In this document: positions 36,300 to 50,421 of the stretch, in pieces
Position numbering within the stretch: position 1 is the stretch's first letter
Layout: each line of letters starts with the position of its first letter
DNA from: Eledone cirrhosa
Lineage: Eukaryota
DNA: 64,000 nucleotides
Assembly (NCBI GenBank): GCA_964016885.1
Contig: OZ024741.1
Coordinates: forward strand, 273,172,001 to 273,236,000
Direction of reading: 5' to 3'
The notes under the pieces: model-generated
Told to the model about the DNA's origin: nothing
Seen by the model: the letters and a program-made list of their open reading frames with translations, nothing else
The model's database searches: none
Made by a program: the position numbers and the translations under genes

Positions 36300-39165
36300 G
36301 TCCAAGGGAAAGACTAAAGCCGATACCTGCCCAGCCACGGCCGTCTAGCACACCACCAGTGGAGACAGTAAGCTTGCCTGACGCCCAAGCCTCGTTGGTC
36401 AACATCGCTCAGCTCAGGCGGCTCCGGAAGATCCCACTCAGGATCCCGAGAGCGGCCTGGGTGCCGGTAGCCGATGCCCTCGCTTCCTCGATTGAGAGCG
36501 CCCTGGACTCCAATCGAGCCAGCGACTGCGAGCGACTCTTTTATTTCGCCCCACTCGCCCTCGGCCTCCCCAGCTCTGGCGCTGACCCGGGTGGCCGGTC
36601 GACAGCAGCCTTCGTCAAGGCCAATGTTTAATCCTTTGGGTAAGCGCCCTATCCAAGTATGCCTAGGGACGCCACACATCCCTCCCTCGGGTACCCCCAA
36701 TCCTCCACCTCTGAGGCCAGCGCCAAGCGTTTGCATGACCGCGTAAATGCTAAATTAATCACGAGTGATGTCTCGGCTTCAGTCAGAGTGGTTGCCTCAG
36801 AGGACCCTGTCCTCCAACCCACCGAGGAGGTCCTGGCTGCCATGCGACTCAAGCACCCTGATCCACCTGCTGATCTCAGACCCATACACCCACCCGACTC
36901 CCACTGGCTCCTTGTGGCTTCCGACGCAGACATAATGCCGCCATCAAGTCCTTCCTAGCTAGCAGCAGCGGAGGTGCTGATGGTCTCCGACCAGGCCACC
37001 TCAAGGAGTTGCTATCCGCCCTCTCCGCTGAAGCCGGCCGCCGCCTTCTGAGTGCAATTGTGGCGCTCACCAATAGGCTCATCCATGGCGCCCTGGACCC
37101 TCACGTCCGAGGCCTCTTTTTTTCGGCTAACCTCATCGTTCTCAGGAAGAAAGATGGTGGTATATGCCCCATCACTGTGGGCAATGTCTTCCGGAGGCTG
37201 GCTGCCAAGGTGGTCTGCAGGTCAATAACACCCGAACTGGGTGAGGAGTTCAGTCCGGTGCAGCTGGGTGTCGGCGTGTCCGGTGGCTGTGAGGGGGCCG
37301 CACATGCAACCAGGCAATTCTTCAACAGCTGCCCACTGGAACTGGCATCCAGGGACTCCAGGCACCTCATTGTCAAGTTTGGCATGAGGAATGCCTTCAA
37401 CTGCTTACGCCGGCACTATCTGCTCGATGCCTGCATCAGCCGAGTCCCCTGTGCCTACTCGCTGGCCTACCTGCCGTATGGAGCCCCGAGCATACTCCTT
37501 GCTGCTGATACGGTCATACCTTCTACCACTGGGGTCCAACAGGGCGACCCTTTGAGACCCCTCCTGTTTGCTCTTGGTATAGACCACATCGCCCGGAGTA
37601 TTACGGCCCCTCAAAACGTTTGGTATCTGGATGATGCTACGTTGGGTGGGCCCGTACAGACTGTTTGCCATGACCTACAATCGGTGGTTCCTGCCCTGGC
37701 AGGGATCGGCCTCCAGGTCAACTCGGCCGAGTCGGAGGTGGTGAATGTCAGCCACGATGCTGAGAGCTTTGCAGTCTCCGTCTCGGACGTGCGGTCCATT
37801 CTCCACCAGGTACAGGTGACCCCCAAAGACGATGTCCTCATCCTCGAGTCACCGATCCGCTCGCCAGCCATCCGCTCCACCATCAGGTCCAGGCTCCAAC
37901 AACTCCAGACTCTCACGAGCCGCCTGGGCTTGATCGACGGCCAACCAGCTCTCTTTCTGTTGAGGAACTGCTTCGTCATGCCGAAGCTCCTCTATACACT
38001 CCGCAACGCTCCGTGCTACACTCACGCATCTCTCCTCGCTGACCTCGATACTTGTATCGGAGCAGCAGCCGAGGAGATACGCAACGTCAAGTCTGATGAC
38101 ATTGGATGGCAACAGGCCACTTTACCTGTCAGGTTTGGCGGCCTTGGCTTCCGTTCCCCGATTCACTGGCTTTGCCGGCGTATCTTTCTTCGGTAACTTC
38201 GTGCCGCGTCCTCGTCAGCAGGCTACTTGAAAACACAATAGAACCCTCTGTATTCAGAGAACGTGAGGCAGCCTGTGAGACGTGGGACCGGCTGGGACTT
38301 AGTTCAGTAGATGTCCCTCCTCCTTCTCCCCTGTTGACGTCAAGTACCCCCCAAAGCACTTGGGATGCCATCCAGTGCAGATGGCCTCAGACAGGCTCAC
38401 TCGCCAACTCGACCAGCACCGCCTTTCCTGTTTTCTTGCGGCCTCCAAACCCCACAATGGTGCCTGGTTCCATGCCCTGCCCTCCTTCTCCACTGACACG
38501 CAGCGAGACAACAATAGCCTGCGCATCGGTGTTTCCCTGAGGCTCGGCCTCCGGATCTGCGGGCCACACCAATGTCGCTGCGGATCCCCCGTGGACTCTT
38601 TCAGCCTCCACCCGCTTTCCTGTCGCCACAGTGCCGGCCGCCTTCCACGCCATGCTGCCCTCAACGAGGTCATAAAGCATGGCTTGGACGCTGCAGGCTT
38701 CCCTTCCCAACTCGAGCCGGTGGAGCTGGAGCGAGGGGACGGCAAAAGGCCAGATGGCATGACCATCTTCTCGTTCCGCGGTGGCAAACCCCTCGTCTGG
38801 GATGCCACTTGACACTTTCTGCAGCCGAAACCTGGTGCAGTCTGCAGCCGAAACCTGGTGCAGTCTGCGACTAACCTAGGTTCTGCTGCACGTTGGACTG
38901 AGGAGGCCAAACTCTTCAAATGCCGGTCGCTCTCCGACAGGTTTGCGGTTGTACCCCTGACAGTGGAAACTTCTGGTGTCCTCGGCTCTAGGGCTACCTC
39001 TCTACTCATTACCATAGGCGCTGAGCTGACCAGCCGCAGGTGTGAGCCCCGCGAGTTGGAGTGGCTTTTCCAGCGCGTCTCCCTTTCCATCCTCCAGGGA
39101 AACGCCTTCTCCATTCTGTCAGCCGGGGCTGGGGGTGGGGGGCGTCACATATCATTCCACTGAAT
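36300..39165 (+). mobile_element. CRE-clade non-LTR retrotransposon (RT plus restriction-like endonuclease), frameshifted
   Basis: RT motifs PITVGNVFRRL, GVQQGDPL and WYLDD; CRC..H..C knuckle; RLE motifs DGKRPDG, WDAT, VETSG and FQRVSLSILQGNA. Confidence 0.88.
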
Positions 39166-39289
39166 CAAGTTTTTAAAGTTATTATAACATACTATGATTT
39201 TATAGGGTTTCTATTAATCATTATTCGATACAAGTACGCGAATGAAGAGAACATTACACATACATTATATAAAACGTTGATGAGGGCTT

Positions 39290-39383
39290 AGCACCAGTGA
39301 CGTCGCAACTTATTTCTACACCTGAGTGAACTGGAGCAACATGAAATAAAGTGTCTTGCTCAGTCCGGAAATCGAACTCACAA
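39290..39383 (-). mobile_element. SINE fragment (second tRNA-derived family)
   Basis: Minus strand GAGTTCGATTTCCGG B-box followed by AGCAAGACACTTTATTTCA core-like sequence. Confidence 0.55.
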
Positions 39384-39386
39384 GCT

Positions 39387-39387
<1 letters not shown>

Positions 39388-39459
<72 letters not shown>

Positions 39460-39478
39460 GCTACTACTACTGCTACTA
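39388..39478. repeat. (TAC)n microsatellite
   Basis: Direct inspection. Confidence 0.95.
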
Positions 39479-39557
39479 CACACGCATATATATATATACG
39501 ACATCTAGAAAACATATGATGTGTTTTGGGCATTTTAAAAAACCTGTCAGAGCCCTT

Positions 39558-39597
<40 letters not shown>

Positions 39598-39601
<4 letters not shown>

Positions 39602-40324
39602 AATAATGGAGCTGCGGCGTTGCAAATGGGTTACATATGAAAAAGTAAGTCCTTCATCAGTGACCCTCCAACCGTCCTAGGCATTTCATCACTTTAAAGG
39701 CCATATACCTCAGGTTGGTGCGAACAACGGCCAAAAAAAGTCGTTGGGACACGTAAATAAAGGGGACGCTGGGGTGAACAAACAAAATGGTTTAAGCAAC
39801 AGAAAGTGAGAAGAAAGAGACAAGTCCCAGATTTCTATGAATATAAACTCGGTGAAATCGTGAACGAGAGACTAAAGACCATTAAACCTGGTTGAAATGT
39901 GAGCAAGGAAGGAATTTTGCACAGGTCTAACGGGAGGAAGAAGGGGTCTGCGAATTCGGTAAACATAAGTTCTGTGAAGTCGCAGACGAAAGAGACGAGA
40001 GAGAGAAAAAAATTTCATACCGGCTTGGCCAAGAGCGCGCGAGAAAAGAATTCGGACAGGTCAAACGGGAAGAAAGAGGAGGAGGAGGAGAGGTAGTGAC
40101 AGGGAATGAGTGAGTGAAAGTTGAGGAAGAGGCTAACAGAGAGAGAGAGAGACTGCTAGAAAGGGTAAAGATACAAAGAACGAAACAGACGGGTGGCAGC
40201 AGAGGAAAAAATATATGTGTAAATATGATAATAATGGAGCTGCGGCGTTGCAAATGGGTTACATATGAAAAAGTAAGTCCTTCATCAGTGGTCTTCCAAC
40301 CGTCCTAGGCATTTCATCACTTTA
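39598..40324 (-). mobile_element. Non-coding (TA)n-inserted element, 628-bp partial tandem, with permuted hammerhead-like motif (family F2)
   Basis: TGATAATAATGGAGCTGCGG at 39598 and 40226; motif at 39649-39718, partial second motif near 40278-40324. Confidence 0.8.
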
Positions 40325-40424
40325 GGGTAGTAGAGTGGGGATTAGGAACGAGTAGGACCCCGACGGCTGAGCTCAAGCCGTTTCGACGGCTAATTCTGGA
40401 CTAAGTCCAGAATTCCTACTCGTT

Positions 40425-40457
<33 letters not shown>

Positions 40458-40460
<3 letters not shown>

Positions 40461-40872
40461 AGACATTTTTTCCAATTCCATCCCGCCCGTCCCCTAAATC
40501 TATTTTATTTCTCATTCTTTCTTCCGATGAAGGACTAGCGTCCGAAACGTTACGACCCTCTTCCTGCTGTATCAAGCGTTAACCTAATATATACCTTCCA
40601 TATACTGTACCGATTGTGTTGCTATTTCTGTTTACACACACATATATAAATCTTTCTATCCGATATTCTATCGAGTCTACCAATACGCCGCCATGTTGGC
40701 TATTATAGCCCTAGGTAAATGTTAAACTAACTTTCCTAGGTCTGTTAAGGGACGAGGAGGGAGGGAACACTGATCTTTTGTCAATCACTTGGTTGACGTA
40801 ATTCGCAAACCTGTATGTAACTTCAACAAAGAGTTGAATAGTCGAGTGCTGAAGCCATTGCTACAAACAACA
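40458..40872 (+). mobile_element. HHR element family G (reverse copies 48361-49085 and 60655-61005; degenerate copy ~63457-63490)
   Basis: Shared sequence around TCTT-CYGATGA-AGGAC-TAGC-GTCC-GAAACGTT. Confidence 0.78.
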
Positions 40873-40897
40873 ATTACCCCCCCCCCACACACATGCA

Positions 40898-40952
40898 GGA
40901 ACGATGTACTAGTTTCAAGCTTATTAGCTATCGTCAGCATCATATACCTTCC
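40898..40952 (-). ncRNA. Type I minimal hammerhead ribozyme (family B)
   Basis: Minus strand TGATG-CTGACGA-T-AGCT/AGCT-T-GAA-ACTAGT-A^-CATCG. Confidence 0.85.
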
Positions 40953-41304
40953 TGCCAGATGGTTGAACGTCTGAAAGTATATATTTCCCTTATGCATATT
41001 AACGGCTGAGCAGCCTAATTTGCATATCGAGTAAGTTCAGTCGGCCGGGCACACCGAAAACGATAAATGGAATAGAAATTGAAACTAGTACATCGTTCCT
41101 GTGTCAGTGTTGAACAAAAAGGTGACGTGGTTGCCTAAACACTGTACGGCGTAATTCGGGCGGTTTGTTTGTTTACAAACAAACAAAGCGAGCATTATAA
41201 TAAATGTTGGGTAACCGATACATGCATATATATATGTGTGTATGTGTGTATATATATACATACTACTGTACGTCTGTATACATATATGTATGTACGTATA
41301 TGTG

Positions 41305-41910
41305 TCAGGTCACCAGTTGGTGCTACTGGTAACATGTATCCCAGTACAACCTGTCTCATGGTCGGGTCGTTGGCGACTAAACTGGCAACCCCACCAAGAT
41401 TTCTTGGTGAGGAGGGTGGCTTTGGACATCCTGCAGGACTAAAAACAAAACCTGTCAAAAGGCAAAGGGGCTCTTAAGAGTCAATGGCCATCCAAAATTA
41501 CCGGGAGAGATGACCCCTTAGCCTTTGTCAAGGCAGAATTCTAGGAGAAGGAAAACTCTGATATAACACCTGCAACCATGATGGTATCCAATGATGTTGA
41601 CTTCTTCTTTTTGGTAAATATCATCTTGGTTAAGAGAGTGGGACTGGCTTTGTGCAGTGCCTTTGCTCACTATAAAAGCTTCACAGCACAGGCATTGCTT
41701 TATATCTGGAGATCTCTGCACTTGTCGTCACATGGTACCATGGGCCCAGCACTATGTGTCAATAATTGTCACAAGTGTAGTGTTTGTACTAGAGTTTTCA
41801 AGTCGCTGGCTGGACTAAAAAGTCACACTCGTTCAACGCATCGGTAGGGGTTCTCCTACATGGATATAAAGTAGTGGCCGTACTCGAAAACGAGTTGGCA
41901 GCCACCATGT
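41305..41910 (+). mobile_element. Non-autonomous RTE-like derivative; its 3' end is also at 56570-56752(-)
   Basis: Terminal C2H2-like [22 protein letters not shown] typical of RTE ORF ends; the 3' UTR is shared between two loci. Confidence 0.55.
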
Positions 41911-41932
41911 ACGTATACATACTTACTTACAT

Positions 41933-43164
<1,232 letters not shown>

Positions 43165-44804
43165 GTGAATATAGACATAGAATATTCGAAAATATTCTGT
43201 ATGTTTATAATAAACATTTTGAAGACCTAATCGCTATAGAATAGAATACGTCACGTATTACAATTAGATTCTCGATAAAAGCAAGGGAAGTAATCTACGC
43301 GTTTCATTCTCGTTAGAAATCATCAGGACTACATATCCAGTGCTTTTATCGAGAATGACACAGCTAGAGACTTATAGAATACTTAGCTGTGTACAGGAAC
43401 TGGTTTGAAAGAGCGGTTGCCGGTCCGGCAGAAATTAGAAATTGGAATAAATGCTCTGAAATAGCGATATATATGTGAATATAGACATAGAATATTCGAA
43501 AATATTCTGTATGTTTATAATAAACATTTTGAAGACCTAATCGCTATAGAATAGAATACGTCACGTATTACAATTAGATTCTCGATAAAAGCAAGGGAAG
43601 TAATCTACGCGTTTCATTCTCGTTAGAAATCATCAGGACTACATATCCAGTGCTTTTATCGAGAATGACACAGCTAGAGACTTATAGAATACTTAGCTGT
43701 GTACAGGAACTGGTTTGAAAGAGCGGTTGCCGGTCCGGCAGAAATTAGAAATTGGAATAAATGCTCTGAAATAGCGATATATATGTGAATATAGACATAG
43801 AATATTCGAAAATATTCTGTATGTTTATAATAAACATTTTGAAGACCTAATCGCTATAGAATAGAATACGTCACGTATTACAATTAGATTCTCGATAAAA
43901 GCAAGGGAAGTAATCTACGCGTTTCATTCTCGTTAGAAATCATCAGGACTACATATCCAGTGCTTTTATCGAGAATGACACAGCTAGAGACTTATAGAAT
44001 ACTTAGCTGTGTACAGGAACTGGTTTGAAAGAGCGGTTGCCGGTCCGGCAGAAATTAGAAATTGGAATAAATGCTCTGAAATAGCGATATATATGTGAAT
44101 ATAGACATAGAATATTCGAAAATATTCTGTATGTTTATAATAAACATTTTGAAGACCTAATCGCTATAGAATAGAATACGTCACGTATTACAATTAGATT
44201 CTCGATAAAAGCAAGGGAAGTAATCTACGCGTTTCATTCTCGTTAGAAATCATCAGGACTACATATCCAGTGCTTTTATCGAGAATGACACAGCTAGAGA
44301 CTTATAGAATACTTAGCTGTGTACAGGAACTGGTTTGAAAGAGCGGTTGCCGGTCCGGCAGAAATTAGAAATTGGAATAAATGCTCTGAAATAGCGATAT
44401 ATATGTGAATATAGACATAGAATATTCGAAAATATTCTGTATGTTTATAATAAACATTTTGAAGACCTAATCGCTATAGAATAGAATACGTCACGTATTA
44501 CAATTAGATTCTCGATAAAAGCAAGGGAAGTAATCTACGCGTTTCATTCTCGTTAGAAATCATCAGGACTACATATCCAGTGCTTTTATCGAGAATGACA
44601 CAGCTAGAGACTTATAGAATACTTAGCTGTGTACAGGAACTGGTTTGAAAGAGCGGTTGCCGGTCCGGCAGAAATTAGAAATTGGAATAAATGCTCTGAA
44701 ATAGCGATATATATGTGAATATAGACATAGAATATTCGAAAATATTCTGTATGTTTATAATAAACATTTTGAAGACCTAATCGCTATAGAATAGAATACG
44801 TCAC
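43165..44804 (-). mobile_element. Non-LTR retrozyme-like array: 5.3 apparently identical 310-bp units, one type I HHR per full unit
   Basis: Unit starts at 43165, 43475, 43785, 44095, 44405 and 44715; HHR cores at 43290-43332 plus multiples of 310. Confidence 0.9.
43268..43356 (-). ncRNA. Type I minimal hammerhead ribozyme with extended, bulged stem I (5 copies)
   Basis: Minus strand ATTCTCGATAAAAGCA-ctggatat-GTAGTC-CTGATGA-T-TTCT-AACG-AGAA-T-GAA-ACGCGT-A^-GATTAC-ttccct-TGCTTTTATCGAGAAT. Confidence 0.9.
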
Positions 44805-45146
44805 ACGTATATATATGACACGTATATATATGACACACGAGTTGTGATATATTAGTAAAAAGGAAAAGAAAATGCTGACAAATTTTTCCCCAGTGAAAAA
44901 TAGTTTAATTAGGAATAAGTATAAATTAGTAATAAGTATTAGTTAGTATTCAGTTTTAGTTTTAAGTTTTTACCGGCTGCGCATTTCTCATGCTTTTCAA
45001 AAATAATTTTTAGATAGAGTGCTTAAAACTAAAACTGAATACTAACTAATACTTATTACTAATTTATACTTATTCCTAATTAAACTATTTTTCACTGGGA
45101 AAAATTTGTCAGCATTTTCTTTTCCTTTTTACTAATATATATATAT

Positions 45147-47870
45147 ATATAACATTAAAATATAAATATTAATAAAATAGATGTTCTTTTGATCAATTAC
45201 ATTTTATTATACATATTTCGGATGTACAACAGTACGTCCTCATCAGAAAAAATATAATGATACATGACATACCCTGAGATGTTAAATGGTTAAGATTTAA
45301 TCAAGGTAGTGATTAACCTAAGAGAAGATTTACCCTAATTATGAGAAAATGCGAAAACGTAATAAATTCATTAGAGAATGTGTAAGAAAAACGTTGCTTA
45401 ATGTAGGTAAATGATATATCTAGGAAAACATCTCATGAATCATAACAGCCAGTGATAGCCACTGGAAAAGGATTTATAAAGAAGGAAAGATATGGGGGGG
45501 GGGGGGGGGTGAAATATGCAGAAGGAGGTTTTTTCCGAAAATTAAACGGTTAAATTTGAAAATATTTAATTTATAATATTAGGGTGAAGACTCCAGATTT
45601 TAGGATTATTTTCTGGTTATTTATATATTAGTTTTATAAATTCAATAAGTGTGTTATCATTTCTAAGCTTCTGAGTTTTATGAGGGTAACATTTAAAAGA
45701 TTTAGCTGTCACATAAAGTATGAAATATTATACTGTTGATTATTTACCTAAATTTAAACTTTAACAAAGATACCAACATATTAGGTATGTAAAGCTTTTG
45801 AAGTACTTATTGTTATAAATATTTAAATAACGATTATGTCTATAGATATATATTAATGAGCCAGTATATTTTAGGTAAATAATAACGACGGAGATAAAAA
45901 TAAAATAAGATAATAGATTGCGGCATGTTAAGGTTGAATATACACCTATGTATAACTGGGTGTAAATGTATTAATTATTGTTTAACCAAGATACCAACAT
46001 ATTAGGTAAGTAAAGCTTCTGAAGTATTTATTGTTAGAAATATTTAAATAACGATTATGTATATAGATATATATTATTGATTCAGTATATTTTAGGTAAA
46101 TGATAACGAAAATAAAAATAAATTGAGGCATGTTACGGCTAAATATACACCTATATATAACGGGGTGTAAATGCATTAATTATTCTTAGTTCAGAGTGTA
46201 CGTAATCAAGAAATTTAGAAGTTAAGTAAAAATTGTGTATAGGAAGATATAGGAAGGTATATATATAGATATATATTAGGTATTAGTGGTGCAGTATACT
46301 TTAGGTAAATGATAACGGTTATAATTTTATAAAGTAGAGTTCAACGTGTTACATTAAAATACATATATATATATAAGAAAAACAATAATAAGTGCATGGA
46401 TAATTCAGAGTTCAAAATAATGTCTATAATAATTTTTAGTTTGGATATTTTCTCTATATTTGAATCATATATATAGAAATGTGGTAGGTATATTTAAAAA
46501 TATTTAAAAATATATAAAATATAATATAATATATAACTACATACATATTATAATACATTATATTATAAATAAGAGATCAAAAACGCAGCAAAAATTCACA
46601 TTTATATATAAGTTTGAATCTGTTTTAAATTTTAGATTTTAAAGTGCAGTAAATATATTTAAAAAAATATATACATATACTATATTATATTATACTATAA
46701 ATAAGAGATCAAAAACTCATTAAAAATTCACAGTTATAGATAAGTTCCGTAAAGATGTATGGATTGGGTATTAAACTAAAATTTAAAAGAGATCAAAAAT
46801 GCATTAAAAATTCACAGTTATAGATAAGTTCCGTAAAGATGTAAGGATTGGGTATTAGACTAAATTATAAGCATAGATAGGAAGATAGATAGAGAAATAA
46901 AGAAATAAAGAAATGATGGTATTGATCAAAGTTAATAAAATAATGTTATGTGTATCAATGTTCCGGCATGTTATTGAACAAGTGTCATTCATTCGAGCGT
47001 TATTTCTTCTACAGATAACTATAAAGCAATATTAAAGGCCATTAATGTTTTTCCCTGTTGGTAACCAAGTTATTAATGGTTTAGTATTATTGTCTCTTTT
47101 TTTCTCGTTTTATGGGAGGCTAAAAAAATGGACGTAGCTTTATGGAGGCAACTAGAGAATAATTCACTTTTTTTGTCAATTAGGATCTCATAGTTATTAA
47201 TAATCAACAGGGTCTCCATTGTACAGAGCGGGCAGTTATTTGATATACTAGAGTTGCGGTAAATTCCACAGTTCCAAAGTTTTGTCCAAAGAATGGAGTA
47301 TTTTAAATTCTTCTCTTTTAATGACCATATGAGCTGTGATAAAGACGTAGATGATTTCCTCTTAGAGTTCGAGAATGAGAATTTATGGTTCGCAAAACGG
47401 GCTTTGAATGTGGAAGAGGTCGAACCTATGTAGTTGTATGTTTTGTGATCAGTTTTTACAGTGCATTTATAAACCAAATTACTATCTAAACAATTATTTT
47501 ACAAAGGGCAATTAGTTTTATTTCTATAATTACATTTTGGTTTAGTATCATTTATGTTAACTCTATTATTAGGATCATTATGCTGGTTTGGTTTTAGGAT
47601 TTTAGTGTTTAATTTGGCAATATTTTGGGCCATGTTACTGGTTGTAGAATGTAAGAATTTAATGGTATGTCTATTAAAAATGGAATGGTGTTTCTGTTGA
47701 GTAGGGAAAGAGGTGTCATGAGCGTTAAAGAATAATTTTGCAATTGGTGTTTTAACTGCGACCGAAGCAGGGGGGGGGGGACCATATGACTGGTTTAGAT
47801 CTAGTTCGTATTCTCGATTTATTTAGCGTATGGGTGTTTGCATTATAATTATTAGAGTTTCTCTTATATA

Positions 47871-47902
<32 letters not shown>

Positions 47903-48360
47903 GGAATAATACTTGGATTATTATTATCTACATATTCTATATTATTCATATATCCTGCTCTTTTTAACGCGTTGTTGTAGTATTCAGCGTTTTCATCAAA
48001 TATATCTTTATTGGCTGATATTTTATTAATACGTTTTTGCACACTATTTACTATAGCTTTTTTTAGTAACTATTCAAATCACCCTAGATCTCTAGGGTGA
48101 TTTGAATGGTTACTAACATAGTTTAAGTTTTCATTGGGCTTATGAAAAGGGTAATAGAAGCCGGTGTTTAAGTTAAAGGTAACGTCTAGGAAATTAACTA
48201 TTTTGGTACCATTTTCAACTTCTAATTTAAGGTCGTACGTTTTAAAGAATTCTATTATACTTTTCTTAACTCTATTTAGTTCTATATTGTTGTGTTTGAC
48301 CACCGTAAATAAAATGTCGTCCCTATATAAACCACCGGTAATCTCCGGCAGTTTTCTATT
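45147..48360 (-). mobile_element. 5'-truncated Penelope-like element: RT remnant, GIY-YIG, long AT-rich 3' region and terminal HHR
   Basis: GLYRDD, NFLDVTFNL and PFHKPN..YV...SNHP (48079-48360); VYKCTV..YIGSTSSTFKARFANH..CPLC (47073-47477); HHR at 45201-45253; ends at (TA)n. The motifs resemble Naiad-type PLEs (tentative). Confidence 0.85.
45201..45253 (-). ncRNA. Minimal hammerhead ribozyme at a PLE 3' end
   Basis: Minus strand ATTTTTT-CTGATGA-GGACGTAC-TGTT-GTACATCC-GAA-ATATGTAT-A^-ATAAAAT. Confidence 0.72.
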
Positions 48361-49114
48361 TGTTGTTTGTAGCAATGTCTTCAGCACTCGACTATTCAAC
48401 TCTTTGTTGAAGTTACATACAGGTTTGCGAATTACGTCAACCAAGTGATTGACAAAACATCAATGTTCCCTCCCTCCTCGTCTCTTAACAGATCTAGGAA
48501 GAAGTTAGTTTAACATTTACCTAGGGCTATAATAGCCAACATGGCGGCGTATTGGTAGACTCGATAGAATATCGGATAAAAAGATTTGCGGTGTTAGTCC
48601 CGATGGCTGAGGTCAACTTTGCTTTTCATCCTTTCAAGTTTGATAAAAACGAACGTACCAGTCCAGTACTGGGTTCGTTTCTTCCTTCATATCACCTTCT
48701 TATCTCTCTCTTTACGGACGCTTTAAGCATCCCACACCAATTATATGTAAAAGGTAAACAGAAATAGCAACACAATCGGTACAGTATATGGAAGGTATAT
48801 ATTAGGTTAACGCTTGATACAGCAGGAAGAGGGTCTTAACGTTTCTGACGCTAGTCCTTCATCAGAAGAAAGAGAAATAAAATAGATTGAGGGGACGGGC
48901 GGAATGGAATTGGAAAAAATGACTTTAGATAAAAATAACAGGTCCATTCATGTTGACATCTTTTGCAAAGCTGTTGGTGCTGGCGTTTTGTGTATGATTT
49001 GCATTTTAGAAAAGTGGATGATGGCGCGCGTCTACCTGAAATGGAAAAAAAAAACGTTTTGTAAACAGAGCTATACTTGAGCACGTGCGTAAGCATGTAT
49101 TTGTGTGTGTGTGT

Positions 49115-49147
<33 letters not shown>

Positions 49148-49193
49148 CATACACAAACACACACACATATATATGTATATATACATACACAAG

Positions 49194-49281
<88 letters not shown>

Positions 49282-49350
49282 CATACACAAACACACACAC
49301 ATATATATGTATATATACATACACAAGCACACACACATATATATATACAT

Positions 49351-49385
<35 letters not shown>

Positions 49386-50355
49386 CATATATATATATAT
49401 AAAACATTTATGTTGTGCAGTTTACCGATGGGCAGAGAGAATCATTCCGGTGAGCAACCATGATATAAAGGTAAAGCACACGACGTTATGCAAATCATCC
49501 ACCGTAGCTGTGGTATCACGTGTTTAGTGGAAGAACGGTGTGAAATATTTATATAGAAACAACAGAAAGCCGGACTCGTTCGCCACAATAATAACACCGA
49601 ATTGGTGGACCGTCTCCGAATTAGATCTATTCTCTATGTTCTGTCTGCGTATGCTGTAATCCTGTTATCGATTAACTAATTGTGCAATTGACAGCCTGAT
49701 GACGTCGCCAAAGTCTTACTTCATGAGCGGATGATGTAACTAGGTCGATGAAATACACATTGTGTTCTTTGCAATATTAAAAGAATATTTCGTGTCCGGC
49801 CTTCTGTTTATATATCTATATCTATATATATATATATATATATAGGAAAAAGTATGACCCCGACGGCAGAGCTCAAGCCGTTTCGACGGCTATTTCTGTC
49901 CAGAAATAGCCGTCGAAACCGCTTGAGCTCTGCCGTCGGGGTCACTTTCCTATTTTCCACTCTACTACCCTAAGTATTGAGTACTCTGGTGCGTTATGGT
50001 CCACCTGGTTCCTTACGACAATTCCTTTGTTATATATATATATATACACCCCCCCCCATATATATATTTATATTTATATACATACATACCCCCCCCCCAT
50101 ATATATACATATATATAGTGAATTGTTAATACTTGAAATAAAACCCCTTGTTGTACAGCCGACCATGTTACTCTTCAATCTTTCACTAGTATTACTCCAA
50201 GTATAACCTGCATAGTAATTCACGCGAACTCGCTGGAAACATCTTGTTGAGTCAAACAAAGCCGTACGTTAAAACTATCCACGACACAGAGACTCACAAC
50301 CTCTAACTGGATTACCTATAACGATATCTTATATAACGATATCCCATATATATAT

Positions 50356-50421
<66 letters not shown>

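Noticed and set aside
48079-48444. 121-aa ORF as a single gene
   Set aside because: Chimeric: the N-terminus comes from non-coding family G (also at 40789), fused to a PLE RT remnant.
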